Positions 1 through 10,014 of a DNA stretch of 60,472 bases are shown here, in pieces. The stretch lies in assembly GCA_034659895.1 (NCBI GenBank), contig JAYEIF010000104.1, positions 1 to 60,472 on the forward strand, written 5' to 3'. The notes beneath the pieces are model-generated. The model was not told where the DNA came from and did not search any database. It was given only the letters and a program-made list of their open reading frames with translations. This DNA is from Candidatus Zixiibacteriota bacterium (lineage in GTDB: Bacteria; Zixibacteria; MSB-5A5; GN15; FEB-12). Made by a program: the position numbers and the translations under genes. The stretch's first letter is position 1. The number at the start of each line of letters is the position of its first letter.

Positions 1-131
1 ACTTCCTGTGCGCCGACAGGCACGTCAGCACAAGGCCGCCCGCTACCTGTCCGCTTGACAGGCGGGCGCGCCCGCCAAAGGCGGGGAGATTGTGGTACAT
101 AATAACTAATTATTCAACAAGCCCTAAGTAT
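1..131 (+). repeat. GC-rich modular hairpin repeat, copy A (possibly truncated by the window edge)
   Basis: Shares three blocks with 34973-35217: CACAAGGCCGCCCGCTAC (29-46), ACCTGTCCGCTTGACAGGCGGG (45-66), and a 46-nt block GAGATTGTGGTACATAATAAC..CCCTAAGTAT (86-131) that is 42/46 identical to 35172-35217. It is GC-rich in an AT-rich context. The reading frame is not conserved between copies. Confidence 0.6.
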
Positions 132-196
132 AAATAAAAGATGTTACAAAATATCTTGCATATTTATACGAATAACAATATAATTAGAACTTAATA

Positions 197-269
197 GCGG
201 GAGTAACTCAGTTGGTAGAGTTACAGCCTTCCAAGCTGTTTGTCGCGAGTTCGAACCTCGTCTCCCGCT
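197..269 (+). tRNA. glyT: tRNA-Gly (anticodon UCC)
   Basis: Cloverleaf read by eye: acceptor GCGGGAG/CTCCCGC, D arm ACTC-AGTTGGTA-GAGT, anticodon stem ACAGC/GCTGT with loop CTTCCAA (UCC), T arm GCGAG-TTCGAAC-CTCGT. CCA is not encoded. Confidence 0.9.
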
Positions 270-517
270 TATATTCTCTTTAGATGGTAAGATATGATTG
301 GTATTAGGTGACTGCTACTCTTATTGGACTTGTTAAAATAAAAAAATAAGCAATTGGGCTGTTGTAACTTAGGAGATTATTGGGCATGTTTATTAGTATT
401 CAATTTTTGAACATTTTTGGTTAAGACGTGCCAAGTTGTGCCGAAAAAAATATAAGATGTATTATATGTAAGAACTTGACTGACAACATTTTTTTTGCTC
501 TCGGGGCAAAATTTGTC

Positions 518-545
518 TTGACATCTGTTTTGCGTTTTTTATTAT
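518..545 (+). promoter_or_regulatory. Candidate sigma70-type promoter for tRNA-Thr and tuf
   Basis: TTGACA (518-523), a 16-nt spacer, then TATTAT (540-545), about 75 nt upstream of tRNA-Thr. Motif match only. Confidence 0.3.
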
Positions 546-621
546 TAGGGTTCCCATGAGGGCACTTGTGGCTTTTTTTTATGGCCAAAAGTGTGTGTAA
601 TGAAAAATAAATGTGTATTTG

Positions 622-694
622 GCCCAGATAGCTCAGTCGGTAGAGCACATCCTTGGTAAGGATGAGGTCACCAGTTCAAATCTGGTTCTGGGCT
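622..694 (+). tRNA. thrT: tRNA-Thr (anticodon GGU)
   Basis: Acceptor GCCCAGA/TCTGGGC, D arm TAGCTCAGTCGGTAGAGCA, anticodon stem CATCC/GGATG with loop TTGGTAA (GGU), T arm ACCAG-TTCAAAT-CTGGT. Confidence 0.92.
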
Positions 695-725
695 GGTGTA
701 ATGTTTTTGGAGGCGAGTCGTAGTC

Positions 726-1934
726 ATGGCGAAGGAAAAGTATGAACGCACGAAGCCGCACGTGAATGTAGGCACAATTGGTCACGTAGATCATGGAAAG
801 ACGACATTGACGGCAGCGATGACGATGGTTTTATCGCATAAGACGGGAACGTCGGTTCGGTCATTTGATTCGATTGATAATGCACCTGAGGAGCGCGAGC
901 GCGGCATTACGATAGCGACAGCACATGTAGAGTATGAGAGTGATAAGCGTCATTATGCTCATGTAGATTGTCCTGGTCACGCAGACTATGTAAAGAACAT
1001 GATAACCGGAGCGGCCCAGATGGATGGGGCGATATTGGTAGTATCTGCTGCAGATGGTCCTATGCCGCAGACGCGTGAGCATATTTTGTTAGCACGTCAG
1101 GTAGGTGTTCCATCTATAATAGTATATATGAACAAGACAGATCAGGTAGATGATCCTGAGTTATTGGATTTAGTAGAGCTTGAGGTGCGAGATTTATTAA
1201 ATCAGTATAAATTTCCTGGAGATGATATTCCAGTGATACGAGGTTCTGCCTTGGAGGCGATGACAGCCGGATCAGATGAGACAAAGTCTCCAGATGATCC
1301 TGCATTCAAGTCGATTTATGAGTTGCTTGATGTGTTGGACTCATACATTCCACAGCCGAAGCGAGATATGGACAAGCCGTTTTTGATGCCTGTAGAGGAT
1401 GTATTTAGTATAACTGGTCGTGGAACGGTAGGAACTGGACGAATTGATCGTGGTGTTGTAACTAAGGGTGAGAGTGTAGAGATAGTAGGGATGCGAGAGA
1501 CCCGCAAGACGGTAGTAACTGGTGTAGAGATGTTCCAGAAGTTATTGGATCGAGGAGAGGCAGGCGACAATGTAGGATTGTTGCTTCGAGGTATTGACAA
1601 GGAGGCGTTAGAGCGTGGGATGGTATTGGCGAAGCCAGGGTCAATCAAGCCTCATACGAAGTTCAAGGCAGAGGTATATGTATTGACGAAGGAAGAGGGA
1701 GGCCGTCACACGCCGTTTTTCACTGGATATCGTCCTCAGTTTTATTTTCGGACGACGGATGTAACAGGGGTAGCGACATTGCCTGAGAATGTAGAGATGG
1801 TGATGCCGGGCGATAATGTAACGATGTCGGCAGAGTTAATAACGCCGATAGCGATGGAGAAGGAATTACGTTTTGCGATTCGAGAGGGTGGCCGTACGGT
1901 AGGTGCCGGCGTCATCTCGGAAATCGTTGAATAA
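726..1934 (+). CDS. tuf: Elongation factor Tu
   Basis: 402-aa ORF with GTPase motifs [14 protein letters not shown] and NKTD, and full-length EF-Tu-like sequence. Confidence 0.98.
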   Translation: MAKEKYERTKPHVNVGTIGHVDHGKTTLTAAMTMVLSHKTGTSVRSFDSIDNAPEERERGITIATAHVEYESDKRHYAHVDCPGHADYVKNMITGAAQMDGAILVVSAADGPMPQTREHILLARQVGVPSIIVYMNKTDQVDDPELLDLVELEVRDLLNQYKFPGDDIPVIRGSALEAMTAGSDETKSPDDPAFKSIYELLDVLDSYIPQPKRDMDKPFLMPVEDVFSITGRGTVGTGRIDRGVVTKGESVEIVGMRETRKTVVTGVEMFQKLLDRGEAGDNVGLLLRGIDKEALERGMVLAKPGSIKPHTKFKAEVYVLTKEEGGRHTPFFTGYRPQFYFRTTDVTGVATLPENVEMVMPGDNVTMSAELITPIAMEKELRFAIREGGRTVGAGVISEIVE

Positions 1935-1948
1935 GGCTCAGTAGCATT

Positions 1949-2257
1949 ATGAATGTGCAAAAGATACGTATTAGGCTTAAGGCTTATGATCACTATGCTC
2001 TTGATCGTTCGACCAAAGAGATTGCTCAGACAGTACTGCGTACCGGCGCCAAAATAGTTGGGCCAGTACCTTTACCTACAAAGCGAACTGTGTATACGGT
2101 ATTGAGGTCGCCACACGTCGATAAAAAATCGCGTGAGCAGTTTGAGACCCGTATTCACAAACGGTTGATTGATATTTTTGACTCAACTCCGCAGACTGTG
2201 GATGCTCTTATGAAGCTCGATCTGCCGGCTGGTGTTGATGTGGAGATTAAGACCTGA
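1949..2257 (+). CDS. rpsJ: 30S ribosomal protein S10
   Basis: 102 aa, [13 protein letters not shown]10 signature, first gene of S10 operon order. Confidence 0.95.
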   Translation: MNVQKIRIRLKAYDHYALDRSTKEIAQTVLRTGAKIVGPVPLPTKRTVYTVLRSPHVDKKSREQFETRIHKRLIDIFDSTPQTVDALMKLDLPAGVDVEIKT

Positions 2258-2271
2258 CGGAAAGGGTAGCT

Positions 2272-2901
2272 ATGAAGGAAATATTTGGCAAAAAGATTGG
2301 AATGACCCGGATCTTCGCAGAGTCTGGTGATGCCATATCCGTCACTGTTCTTGAAGCAGGTCCATGCCCAGTGGTTGCCCGTAAGACTAAGGATAAACAT
2401 GGCTACAATGCTCTTCAGGTTGGGTTTGGCAAGCGTCGTAAGAGTCGTATAAATAAACCAATGGCTGGGCATTTCAAGAAAGTTGATGTTGAGCCTACTC
2501 AATATCTGCGTGAGATTCGCAGTGAAGACTCGGACATTGAGCCCGGTGCTATCCTGAAAGTGGATATGTTCAAAGAAGGCGAACGAGTGGATGTTACCGG
2601 TATTTCACGTGGTCTCGGTTTTGCTGGTACTATGAAACGGCATCACTTTAGTGGTGCAAATAAGACTCATGGTCAATCAGACCGATGGCGTGCCCCGGGT
2701 TCGATTGGTCAATCGTCATGGCCGTCAAGAGTATTCAAGGGAATGCGTATGTCTGGCCGTATGGGCAAGGATAGGGTAACAACTTTGAATTTGAGGATCA
2801 TTAAGGTTATAGAAAATGAAAATCTGATGTTGGTCAAAGGTGCGGTGCCCGGTAACAAGGGAGCGTTGGTGAAGATTCGCCAATCCAATCGCCCTAAGTA
2901 G
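2272..2901 (+). CDS. rplC: 50S ribosomal protein L3
   Basis: 209 aa, L3-like sequence (GMTRIF.., [11 protein letters not shown]), conserved operon position. Confidence 0.95.
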   Translation: MKEIFGKKIGMTRIFAESGDAISVTVLEAGPCPVVARKTKDKHGYNALQVGFGKRRKSRINKPMAGHFKKVDVEPTQYLREIRSEDSDIEPGAILKVDMFKEGERVDVTGISRGLGFAGTMKRHHFSGANKTHGQSDRWRAPGSIGQSSWPSRVFKGMRMSGRMGKDRVTTLNLRIIKVIENENLMLVKGAVPGNKGALVKIRQSNRPK

Positions 2902-3536
2902 TGGATATGATAATGAATGTTAAAGTATACAATCAGAATGGCCAGGAAGTCGGCGCTGTCGACCTATTTCCCGAAGTGTTTGATATAGAACCAAACGAGA
3001 AAGTGGTTCATCAGTATATAGTGAATTATTTGGCTCGACAAAGGTCTGGCAACTCCAGCACTAAGGTTCGACACGATGTGCGCGGTGGTGGTGCTAAACC
3101 TTGGCGCCAGAAAGGGACCGGTCGCGCAAGGGCTGGTACTACTCGTTCACCTCTATGGCGTGGTGGTGGAGTGGTCTTTGGCCCGCATCCTCGTTCTTAT
3201 GGATCGAATTTTCCTCGGAAGATGCGAAAACTGGCGATGAAATCCATTTTTTCCGCTAAAGCTCGGAAAAATCGTATCAAGGTGCTTGATCAGATTGAAA
3301 TTGACGAGATAAAAACAAAGACTGTTGTTGGTATGTTAACAAAGTTAGATGTTGGCGATAAAAAATGCATTGTGTTGGATGAGGGGGTTAATAAAAGGTT
3401 AGCCCTGTCATGTCGTAATCTGCGACAGGTGGAGTATTGCCGTGCAACGCTGGCTAATGGATATGATGTCCTTAATGCCGATTATCTTATTTTTACAAAA
3501 TCTGGCCTTGAAAAGACGGGGGAGATGTTAAAATGA
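2901..3536 (+). CDS. rplD: 50S ribosomal protein L4
   Basis: 211 aa, motif [12 protein letters not shown]. The GTG at 2901 overlaps the rplC stop by 1 nt. ATG at 2907 or 2913 are alternative starts. Confidence 0.9.
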   Translation: MDMIMNVKVYNQNGQEVGAVDLFPEVFDIEPNEKVVHQYIVNYLARQRSGNSSTKVRHDVRGGGAKPWRQKGTGRARAGTTRSPLWRGGGVVFGPHPRSYGSNFPRKMRKLAMKSIFSAKARKNRIKVLDQIEIDEIKTKTVVGMLTKLDVGDKKCIVLDEGVNKRLALSCRNLRQVEYCRATLANGYDVLNADYLIFTKSGLEKTGEMLK

Positions 3537-3826
3537 ATTATGATCCCCGCAAAATCATTAAGTCTCATGTGCATACTGAGCGAACAACTATGCTTCGTGA
3601 GAATAATAATGAATACGTTTTCGAAGTTGATAAGTTAGCCAACAAGTATGCGATTAAAATGGCTATTCAAAATGCGTTTGGTGTTAAGGTCGCGATGGTG
3701 CATACAATGGTAATGCCAGGGAAAGCTCGTCGTATTAGACAAGAAAAAGGCAAAACTTCAACATGGAAAAAAGCGGTTGTGCGGCTGAAGCCTGGTGAAG
3801 TTATTACTATGTTTGAGAATATGTAG
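3533..3826 (+). CDS. rplW: 50S ribosomal protein L23
   Basis: 97 aa, operon position. The ATGA overlap with the rplD stop suggests translational coupling. Confidence 0.9.
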   Translation: MNYDPRKIIKSHVHTERTTMLRENNNEYVFEVDKLANKYAIKMAIQNAFGVKVAMVHTMVMPGKARRIRQEKGKTSTWKKAVVRLKPGEVITMFENM

Positions 3827-3848
3827 AGAGTGAAAGTGATATTCTGCT

Positions 3849-4679
3849 ATGGCTGTTAAAAAATTTCGTCCTGTAACTCCGTCGTTGCGATTTAGAACCG
3901 TATCGGCATTTGAGGAAATTACCTCTACGGTTCCCGAGAAGTCTCTTTTGAAACCGCTACGCAAAAGTGGTGGACGCAATAATAAGGGACGTATCACAAG
4001 TTATTGTCGCGGTGGCGGTCATAAACGTTTTTATCGTCTCATTGATTTCAAGAGAAATAAGTATAATATCCCTGCTCGTGTAGCTTCAATTGAGTATGAT
4101 CCTAATCGTTCGGCTCGTATTGCTCTGTTGCATTATGTCGATGGTGAAAAACGATATATTCTGGCTCCTTTTAATTTGAAGGTAGATGATGAGATTGTAT
4201 CTGGTGAAAATGTTGAAGTGAAGATCGGTAATTCTATGCCAATGAGCAAGATACCGCTTGGAACAGTTTGTCACAATATCGAATTACACCTTGGGAAAGG
4301 TGCTCAGATGGCTCGCTCAGCCGGATCGTTTGTTCAATTAGTAGCCAAGGATGGCAAGAAGGCCATTCTCAGGATGCCATCGGGTGAAGTTCGTACGGTC
4401 CCGATTGTTTGCTATGGCACAATTGGACAAGTTTCTAATATTGATCATAAAAATGTAATTTGGGGTAAGGCTGGCGCTACACGTTGGAGAGGTCGACGAC
4501 CTTCGGTAAGAGGTGTGGCTATGAATCCAGTAGACCATCCTATGGGTGGTGGTGAAGGCCGCAGCTCCGGTGGGCGTCATCCCTGTACTCCTTGGGGTAA
4601 ACCCACAAAGGGATATAAGACGCGCAGTAAGCGCAAATCAAATGATCACCTGATTCAGGATCGTAGAATAAAAATCTAA
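3849..4679 (+). CDS. rplB: 50S ribosomal protein L2
   Basis: 276 aa, L2 signature [14 protein letters not shown]. Confidence 0.97.
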   Translation: MAVKKFRPVTPSLRFRTVSAFEEITSTVPEKSLLKPLRKSGGRNNKGRITSYCRGGGHKRFYRLIDFKRNKYNIPARVASIEYDPNRSARIALLHYVDGEKRYILAPFNLKVDDEIVSGENVEVKIGNSMPMSKIPLGTVCHNIELHLGKGAQMARSAGSFVQLVAKDGKKAILRMPSGEVRTVPIVCYGTIGQVSNIDHKNVIWGKAGATRWRGRRPSVRGVAMNPVDHPMGGGEGRSSGGRHPCTPWGKPTKGYKTRSKRKSNDHLIQDRRIKI

Positions 4680-4696
4680 TGGATGGAGTACAATAA

Positions 4697-4987
4697 ATGC
4701 CTCGATCGCTGAAAAAAGGCCCGTATGTTGAAGACCGATTGGCTGGTCGTATTGAAAAGCTGAATAACAGTGGTGATAAGAGAGTGATTAAAACTTGGTC
4801 ACGCCGTTCTACTGTTACGCCTGACTTTGTAGGACATACATTGGCTGTGCATAATGGAAAAAAATTCATACCGGTCTATATAACTGAGAACATGGTGGGA
4901 CACAAGTTAGGTGAGTTCTCTCCCACTCGCACTTACCGTGGACATGGCGGCAAATTGGCGGAGCGTTCCTCCTCTCTGAAAGGATAA
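4697..4987 (+). CDS. rpsS: 30S ribosomal protein S19
   Basis: 96 aa, [11 protein letters not shown].. and GHKLGEF motifs. Confidence 0.95.
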   Translation: MPRSLKKGPYVEDRLAGRIEKLNNSGDKRVIKTWSRRSTVTPDFVGHTLAVHNGKKFIPVYITENMVGHKLGEFSPTRTYRGHGGKLAERSSSLKG

Positions 4988-4996
4988 GATTGAGTT

Positions 4997-5593
4997 ATGT
5001 TAGTTACTGCAACCGCCAGACTGAAATATCTGAGTATTCCACCGCGTAAAATGCGTCTGGTTGCTAATATGGTCAAAGGTATGCCGGTTGAGGATGCACT
5101 CAACATTTTGAATTTTACTCCAAAGATTGCTGCGCATCACTTGGCCAAGACTGTGAAATCCGCAGCTGCCAATGCTCTCTCAATAGAGGGAACGGATAAT
5201 TTGCACCCTGAGGATCTTGTTATTAAGGATGTTGCTGTTGACAATGCTCCTACAGCCAAAAGGATTCGCTTTCAATCTATGGGGCGGATATTCCGTATCC
5301 GTAAGCGGTATTGTCATCTGATGGTCAAGCTTGAAACTGAAATAGAACCACAGAAGACAAAGAAACCATCGACTCAGAAGACTCGAAAAGTTGATAATGT
5401 GAAAGCGGATGTTGTGGGATCTGAGAAGACTTCATCTGAGAAGGCGTCTTCAAAGAAAGCAACAAAAAGCAAGGCTTCGTCTGGGAATAAAGTAACCGAT
5501 AGGAGCTCGACTAAAAAAGAGTCCGTCGTAAAAACTGAGGAATCACCTGATGCCAAAAAAGATAACTCTGATAATAAGTCGGCGGAGGAATAG
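4997..5593 (+). CDS. rplV: 50S ribosomal protein L22 with long Lys/Ser-rich C-terminal tail
   Basis: 198 aa. An L22 core of about 112 aa (RKMRLVANMVKGM..) is followed by an 86-aa low-complexity tail. Confidence 0.9.
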   Translation: MLVTATARLKYLSIPPRKMRLVANMVKGMPVEDALNILNFTPKIAAHHLAKTVKSAAANALSIEGTDNLHPEDLVIKDVAVDNAPTAKRIRFQSMGRIFRIRKRYCHLMVKLETEIEPQKTKKPSTQKTRKVDNVKADVVGSEKTSSEKASSKKATKSKASSGNKVTDRSSTKKESVVKTEESPDAKKDNSDNKSAEE

Positions 5594-5627
5594 GCAATGA
5601 ATTTGGTAAGGATATAAGGAGAATAGC

Positions 5628-6539
5628 TTGGGACAGAAGACAAATCCGGTTGGAATACGCCTTGGTATTACAAGAACTTGGAACAGCAGATGGTTTGCCT
5701 CGGCTAAGAACTTCTCCAGTTTGGTGTATGAAGATATGATGGTTAAGCGGTATATTGACAAGCGTCTGGATAATGCTGGAATTGCTAATGTACAGATCTC
5801 AAGAGCACCTAAGAAAGTTATGGTGGATATTCATACATCCCGGCCAGGTATTGTTATCGGTCGTAAGGGAGCTGAGGTAGACAAATTGCGTAGTGAGCTC
5901 CAGTTACTTACGAAGAAAGATATCATGCTTAACATTGTTGAGGTTCGTAAACCGGAATTGAGTGCTCAGTTGGTTGCAGATTCTATTGCTCGTCAACTCG
6001 AGGGCAGGATTGCTTTCCGTCGTGCTATGAAGAAATCGTTGGCTGCGACGATGAAGATGGGCGCTAAGGGCATCAAACTGCAATGTGGTGGACGTCTTGG
6101 TGGACACGAAATAGCGCGCACCGAAAAATATCATGATGGCCGAGTTCCGCTTCATACATTACGAGCTAACATTGATTATGCTACATCGACAGCCCATACT
6201 AATTATGGGTGTATTGGAGTTAAGGTCTGGATTTGTCTCGGTGAGATCCTCGATCGCGCCAAGCATTTATCAGGTGATAATAAGCCTGAACAGGAGCAAG
6301 CAGCTCCTCCGACGCGTCAACGACGTGACAGAAAAGATGATAGAGGACGCAATAAACGACCTCGAGGTCGTGTGCGTCGAGCGGGACGTCCTGCTCCGGG
6401 TGGCTTTCAACCAAAAGGTCGTCGTCCAGATACATCAGGGCGGCCGGCTAAAGCAAATAAACCGTCCGGTGAGAATACTGCTCCAAATAAGAATAAAACA
6501 AGTGGTGATAAAGACACCAAGCAAGATACAGAGAAATAG
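5628..6539 (+). CDS. rpsC: 30S ribosomal protein S3 with basic Arg/Pro/Gly-rich C-terminal tail
   Basis: 303 aa. TTG start preceded by [20 protein letters not shown]3 N-terminus and KH domain. The tail begins at about residue 209. Confidence 0.93.
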   Translation: MGQKTNPVGIRLGITRTWNSRWFASAKNFSSLVYEDMMVKRYIDKRLDNAGIANVQISRAPKKVMVDIHTSRPGIVIGRKGAEVDKLRSELQLLTKKDIMLNIVEVRKPELSAQLVADSIARQLEGRIAFRRAMKKSLAATMKMGAKGIKLQCGGRLGGHEIARTEKYHDGRVPLHTLRANIDYATSTAHTNYGCIGVKVWICLGEILDRAKHLSGDNKPEQEQAAPPTRQRRDRKDDRGRNKRPRGRVRRAGRPAPGGFQPKGRRPDTSGRPAKANKPSGENTAPNKNKTSGDKDTKQDTEK

Positions 6540-6542
6540 CTT

Positions 6543-6965
6543 ATGTTAATGCCAAAGAAAGTTAAATATCGTAAGCAACAGCGTGGCCGTATGTCCGGAA
6601 AAGCTAAGGGCGGATCGGTTATCAGTTTTGGTGAATTTGGACTAAAAGCCCTTGAGCCGTGTTGGATGACTAGCCGACAAATAGAGGCTGCGCGTATTGC
6701 TATGACTCGTTTCATTAAGCGTGGTGGCAAAGTTTGGATAAGAGTGTTTCCTGATAAGCCAGTTACCAAGAAACCAGCGGAAACCCGTATGGGTAAAGGA
6801 AAGGGTTCCCCTGAATATTGGGTAGCTGTAGTTAAGCCAGGTCGTGTATTGTTTGAAATAGAAGGTGTTTCCGAGGTTATGGCGCGTGAAGCTCTGCGTC
6901 TGGCAACAAATAAACTTCCGCTGAAAACTAAATTCGTAACACGGTCTGATACAGAAGGAGTGTAG
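6543..6965 (+). CDS. rplP: 50S ribosomal protein L16
   Basis: 140 aa, [16 protein letters not shown].. L16 N-terminus. Confidence 0.95.
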   Translation: MLMPKKVKYRKQQRGRMSGKAKGGSVISFGEFGLKALEPCWMTSRQIEAARIAMTRFIKRGGKVWIRVFPDKPVTKKPAETRMGKGKGSPEYWVAVVKPGRVLFEIEGVSEVMAREALRLATNKLPLKTKFVTRSDTEGV

Positions 6966-7234
6966 TGGTGTTGGATATTCAATCACTGCGGGAAATGACG
7001 CGCGACGAACTCGTTCAGAAACAAAAAGATCTTCTGGATGAACAGTTCAATTTGCGGATGCGTAAGAGTGTTAAGCCTTTGGATAATCCGCTTCGGGTTC
7101 GTCATGTGCGACGGGAATTAGCAGTAGTAATAACTGTCCTCTCGGAGGATCAGAAAGGTATCCGTAAGTTGGCTGAAAGTAAAACCAGCATTCTTTCGGA
7201 ATCTGGTTCAAGTAAAGAGAAGGAAGGTAAGTAA
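6965..7234 (+). CDS. rpmC: 50S ribosomal protein L29
   Basis: 89 aa, L29-like helix ([25 protein letters not shown]). GTG start overlaps the rplP stop. The exact start is ambiguous (GTG 6965 or 6968, TTG 6971). Confidence 0.85.
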   Translation: MVLDIQSLREMTRDELVQKQKDLLDEQFNLRMRKSVKPLDNPLRVRHVRRELAVVITVLSEDQKGIRKLAESKTSILSESGSSKEKEGK

Positions 7235-7245
7235 AGGACTTACTG

Positions 7246-7512
7246 ATGGCTGAAACGAAGAATAGAAATCAACGAAAAGTACGTTTGGGAACGGTGACTT
7301 CGAACAAGATGGATAAAACCGTCGTAGTTCGGGTGGATCGTACAATGAGACATCCAATTTATCAGAAAATTTTTAGAACATCATCCAAATTATATGCTCA
7401 TGATGAGAAAAATGATGCTAATATTGGTGATGTCGTAAGTGTTATGGAAACCCGACCGCTTTCAGCCACTAAGCGTTGGCGTTTGGTTGAAGTGGTTAAA
7501 CGTGCCAAGTAA
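7246..7512 (+). CDS. rpsQ: 30S ribosomal protein S17
   Basis: 88 aa, S17-like ([14 protein letters not shown].., [13 protein letters not shown]). Confidence 0.93.
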   Translation: MAETKNRNQRKVRLGTVTSNKMDKTVVVRVDRTMRHPIYQKIFRTSSKLYAHDEKNDANIGDVVSVMETRPLSATKRWRLVEVVKRAK

Positions 7513-7565
7513 GATGGAGTTTGAAACAGCAGCATACTTTTGTGATTGGCAAGGATGAAAGATAG

Positions 7566-7931
7566 ATGATTCAAGAATATACTATTCTGAATGTCGCCGA
7601 TAATTCTGGCGCCAAAAAGGCAATGTGTTTCCGTGTCCTTGGTGGGCGTAGACACGGAGCCTCAATTGGTGATATCATTGTTGTGGCGGTGAAAGAAGCA
7701 ATCCCTGGTGGGACGGTAAAGAAGTCTGAGGTTTGCCAAGCAGTTGTGGTTAGAACTAAGTCATCATTGTGTCGTAAGGATGGTTCAATCATTCGTTTCG
7801 CAGACAATGCTGCAGTTATCCTCAATGAGCAGATGGAACCTCGCGGTACCCGTATTTTTGGACCGGTAGCGCGCGAATTAAGAGAAAAAAAGTTTATGAA
7901 GATAGTATCACTTGCCCCAGAGGTATTATAA
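7566..7931 (+). CDS. rplN: 50S ribosomal protein L14
   Basis: 121 aa, [18 protein letters not shown]14 N-terminus. Confidence 0.96.
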   Translation: MIQEYTILNVADNSGAKKAMCFRVLGGRRHGASIGDIIVVAVKEAIPGGTVKKSEVCQAVVVRTKSSLCRKDGSIIRFADNAAVILNEQMEPRGTRIFGPVARELREKKFMKIVSLAPEVL

Positions 7932-7947
7932 TGGGGAGCATGTTAAT

Positions 7948-8265
7948 ATGTTGATAAAAAAAGGTGACACCGTCTATATCAGAAGTGGTCAGGATAAAGG
8001 AACGACAGGCAAAGTCTTGCATGTTGATAATAACAAGAACCGAGTTTTGGTCGAGGGTGTCAATATGAGAAAAAAACATCAGCGTCCTACTGATAAGAAT
8101 CCTAAAGGAGGAATTATCACTATAGAGGCTCCTGTCAACATGAGTAATGTTGCGCTGTACAGTTCTTCGTTGGGCGGTCCGACAAAAGTCACTACAAAGG
8201 TTATCACTGAGAGCGGCAGAAAGCGGAGAATTCGTATCTGCCGGAAGACAGGCGAAGAGATTTGA
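7948..8265 (+). CDS. rplX: 50S ribosomal protein L24
   Basis: The ORF track starts at TTG 7912, inside rplN. ATG 7948 (MLIKKGDTVYIRSGQDKG, KOW motif) follows a GGGGAG RBS at 7933-7938 and gives 105 aa. Confidence 0.9.
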   Translation: MLIKKGDTVYIRSGQDKGTTGKVLHVDNNKNRVLVEGVNMRKKHQRPTDKNPKGGIITIEAPVNMSNVALYSSSLGGPTKVTTKVITESGRKRRIRICRKTGEEI

Positions 8266-8277
8266 GGTAGCATCGCT

Positions 8278-8817
8278 ATGCCGAGATTGAAAGACAAATA
8301 TGAGCAAGAGATTGCTCCAAAGCTAATGAAGGATAACCAATACCATTCTGTAATGGAAATTCCCTGTTTGACAAAGATTACTATTAACATTGGTGTTGGT
8401 GAAGCGACTGAAAACTCAAAGGCACTTGATGCCGCTGTTGATGACCTGACTAAGATTTCTGGTCGTAAACCGCTGATTACACGTGCTCGCAAGAGCATAT
8501 CCAATTTCAAGCTTCGTCAAGGAGCTCCAATTGGATGTTGTGTTACTCTAAGGCGTAATGGGATGTGGGAGTTCTTCGATCGCTTGGTGAATATCGCTAT
8601 GCCTCGTATTCGTGATTTTAGAGGTATTAGTCCCAAGTCATTTGATGGGCGCGGAAATTATAATTTGGGACTCAAGGAGCAACTTATTTTTCCAGAAATT
8701 GATCTTGATAAAATAGATAAAATACGTGGAATGAATATCTCTATTACTACAACTGCCAAGACCGATGACGAGGCTCGACAGTTATTGGCTGCAATGGGGA
8801 TGCCGTTCCGCAAGTAG
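8278..8817 (+). CDS. rplE: 50S ribosomal protein L5
   Basis: 179 aa, L5-like sequence and operon position. Confidence 0.96.
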   Translation: MPRLKDKYEQEIAPKLMKDNQYHSVMEIPCLTKITINIGVGEATENSKALDAAVDDLTKISGRKPLITRARKSISNFKLRQGAPIGCCVTLRRNGMWEFFDRLVNIAMPRIRDFRGISPKSFDGRGNYNLGLKEQLIFPEIDLDKIDKIRGMNISITTTAKTDDEARQLLAAMGMPFRK

Positions 8818-8824
8818 GAGTTAT

Positions 8825-9010
8825 ATGGCAAAGAAGTGTTTAATAGAGAAACAAGGTCGTAAATCGAAGTTTAAGGTTCGTGAGTACAATCGATGTCAGC
8901 GTTGTGGTCGACCTAGAGCCTATATGCGTCGCTTTGGGCTTTGCCGTATTTGCTTTAGGCAGATGGCGCTATCGGGAGAACTCCCGGGTGTGGTAAAGTC
9001 TAGTTGGTAG
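8825..9010 (+). CDS. rpsN: 30S ribosomal protein S14, type Z (zinc-binding)
   Basis: 61 aa from ATG 8825 ([10 protein letters not shown]..), with CxxC..CxxC (CQRCGR..CRIC). The upstream part of the tracked ORF overlaps rplE. Confidence 0.92.
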   Translation: MAKKCLIEKQGRKSKFKVREYNRCQRCGRPRAYMRRFGLCRICFRQMALSGELPGVVKSSW

Positions 9011-9038
9011 GATTTGTTGTGATTGGAGTTGATTTAAT

Positions 9039-9440
9039 ATGAGTATGACTGACCCAGTTGCTGACCTTTTGACCAGAATTCGAAATGGTTCCAAGGCGCA
9101 GAAAAACGCTGTGGATATTCCTGCTTCTAATTTGAAAAGGGATATTGTACGAATTCTCAAGGAGCATAACTTCGTTAAGGACATGGTGGAATTACCTGAC
9201 AATAAACAGGGAATGCTCCGAGTATATCTTCGTTATGTGAAGGATGACAGGGCAGTATTGAAGGGGATCCAGCGTATTTCGCGTCCAGGGTTGCGTAGAT
9301 ATTTTGATGCCGAACAGGTGCGTCAGTCTACCTTCAATAGTCGGGGAATTATAGTGGTGTCGACGTCATCTGGTGTGATGACAAATTTTGAGGCTGCCCA
9401 AAAAGGCATTGGCGGCGAAATGGTACTACGGTGCTGGTAA
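9039..9440 (+). CDS. rpsH: 30S ribosomal protein S8
   Basis: 133 aa, MTDPVADLLTRIRNG S8 N-terminus. Confidence 0.95.
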   Translation: MSMTDPVADLLTRIRNGSKAQKNAVDIPASNLKRDIVRILKEHNFVKDMVELPDNKQGMLRVYLRYVKDDRAVLKGIQRISRPGLRRYFDAEQVRQSTFNSRGIIVVSTSSGVMTNFEAAQKGIGGEMVLRCW

Positions 9441-9455
9441 GGAAAGGACTGTAAA

Positions 9456-9998
9456 ATGTCGCGAGTTGGCAAATTGCCGATACCGATACCGGATAAAGCT
9501 AAAGTAGATATCAAGGGTCAAAAGATTGATTTAAGCGGTCCAAAAGGAAGCTTGTCTATGAACATGCACCCTGATATCTCCGCCACGGTTAAAGATAATG
9601 AGATTTTGGTGGCTCGCCCATCAGATCAGAAGCGCCATCGAGCTTTGCATGGTCTTACTAGGGCATTGATTAATAATATGATGGTTGGAGTAACTGAAGG
9701 CTATAAGCGTGAACTGCAAATTATCGGTGTCGGTTACCGAGCGGAAGTGAAAGGGCACAATCTGATTTTGAACTTGGGTTATTCTCACCCTATCGTTTTC
9801 ACTCCTCCAGAAGGGGTTACGATTGAGGTGTTGCGCAAGGAAAATAAGGTGATTTTGAACGGGATTGATAAGCAGATGGTCGGCCAGTGTGCAGCCAAGA
9901 TTCGTTCACTACGTAAGCCCGAACCTTACAAAGGGAAGGGCATTAGATATGTTGGTGAGTATGTTCGATCTAAGGTTGGCAAAAAGGCGGGTGCTTAA
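9456..9998 (+). CDS. rplF: 50S ribosomal protein L6
   Basis: 180 aa, MSRVGKLPIPIP L6 N-terminus. Confidence 0.95.
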   Translation: MSRVGKLPIPIPDKAKVDIKGQKIDLSGPKGSLSMNMHPDISATVKDNEILVARPSDQKRHRALHGLTRALINNMMVGVTEGYKRELQIIGVGYRAEVKGHNLILNLGYSHPIVFTPPEGVTIEVLRKENKVILNGIDKQMVGQCAAKIRSLRKPEPYKGKGIRYVGEYVRSKVGKKAGA

Positions 9999-10014
9999 GC
10001 TAAGAATGGTGTGA

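Noticed and set aside
421-648. 75-aa minus-strand ORF in the tRNA spacer
   Set aside because: It overlaps tRNA-Thr antisense, is low-complexity from AT-rich DNA, has no RBS and sits in a promoter region. It is almost certainly spurious.
6133-6982. Long alternative-frame and antisense ORFs (138 aa on +, 191 aa and 114 aa on -) across rpsC and rplP
   Set aside because: These are shadow ORFs inside highly conserved ribosomal genes, with Arg/Ser/Pro-rich nonsense composition mirroring the basic S3 tail. Similar shadows occur elsewhere, for example 15208-15711, 27283-27783, 31402-31941 and 13960-14451.
7912-7947. Upstream TTG start for rplX, and the similar upstream extensions of the rpsN (8765) and rpmD (10922) ORFs
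   Set aside because: The extensions overlap the preceding ribosomal genes and lack homology-like sequence. Internal ATGs with an RBS give canonical protein lengths.
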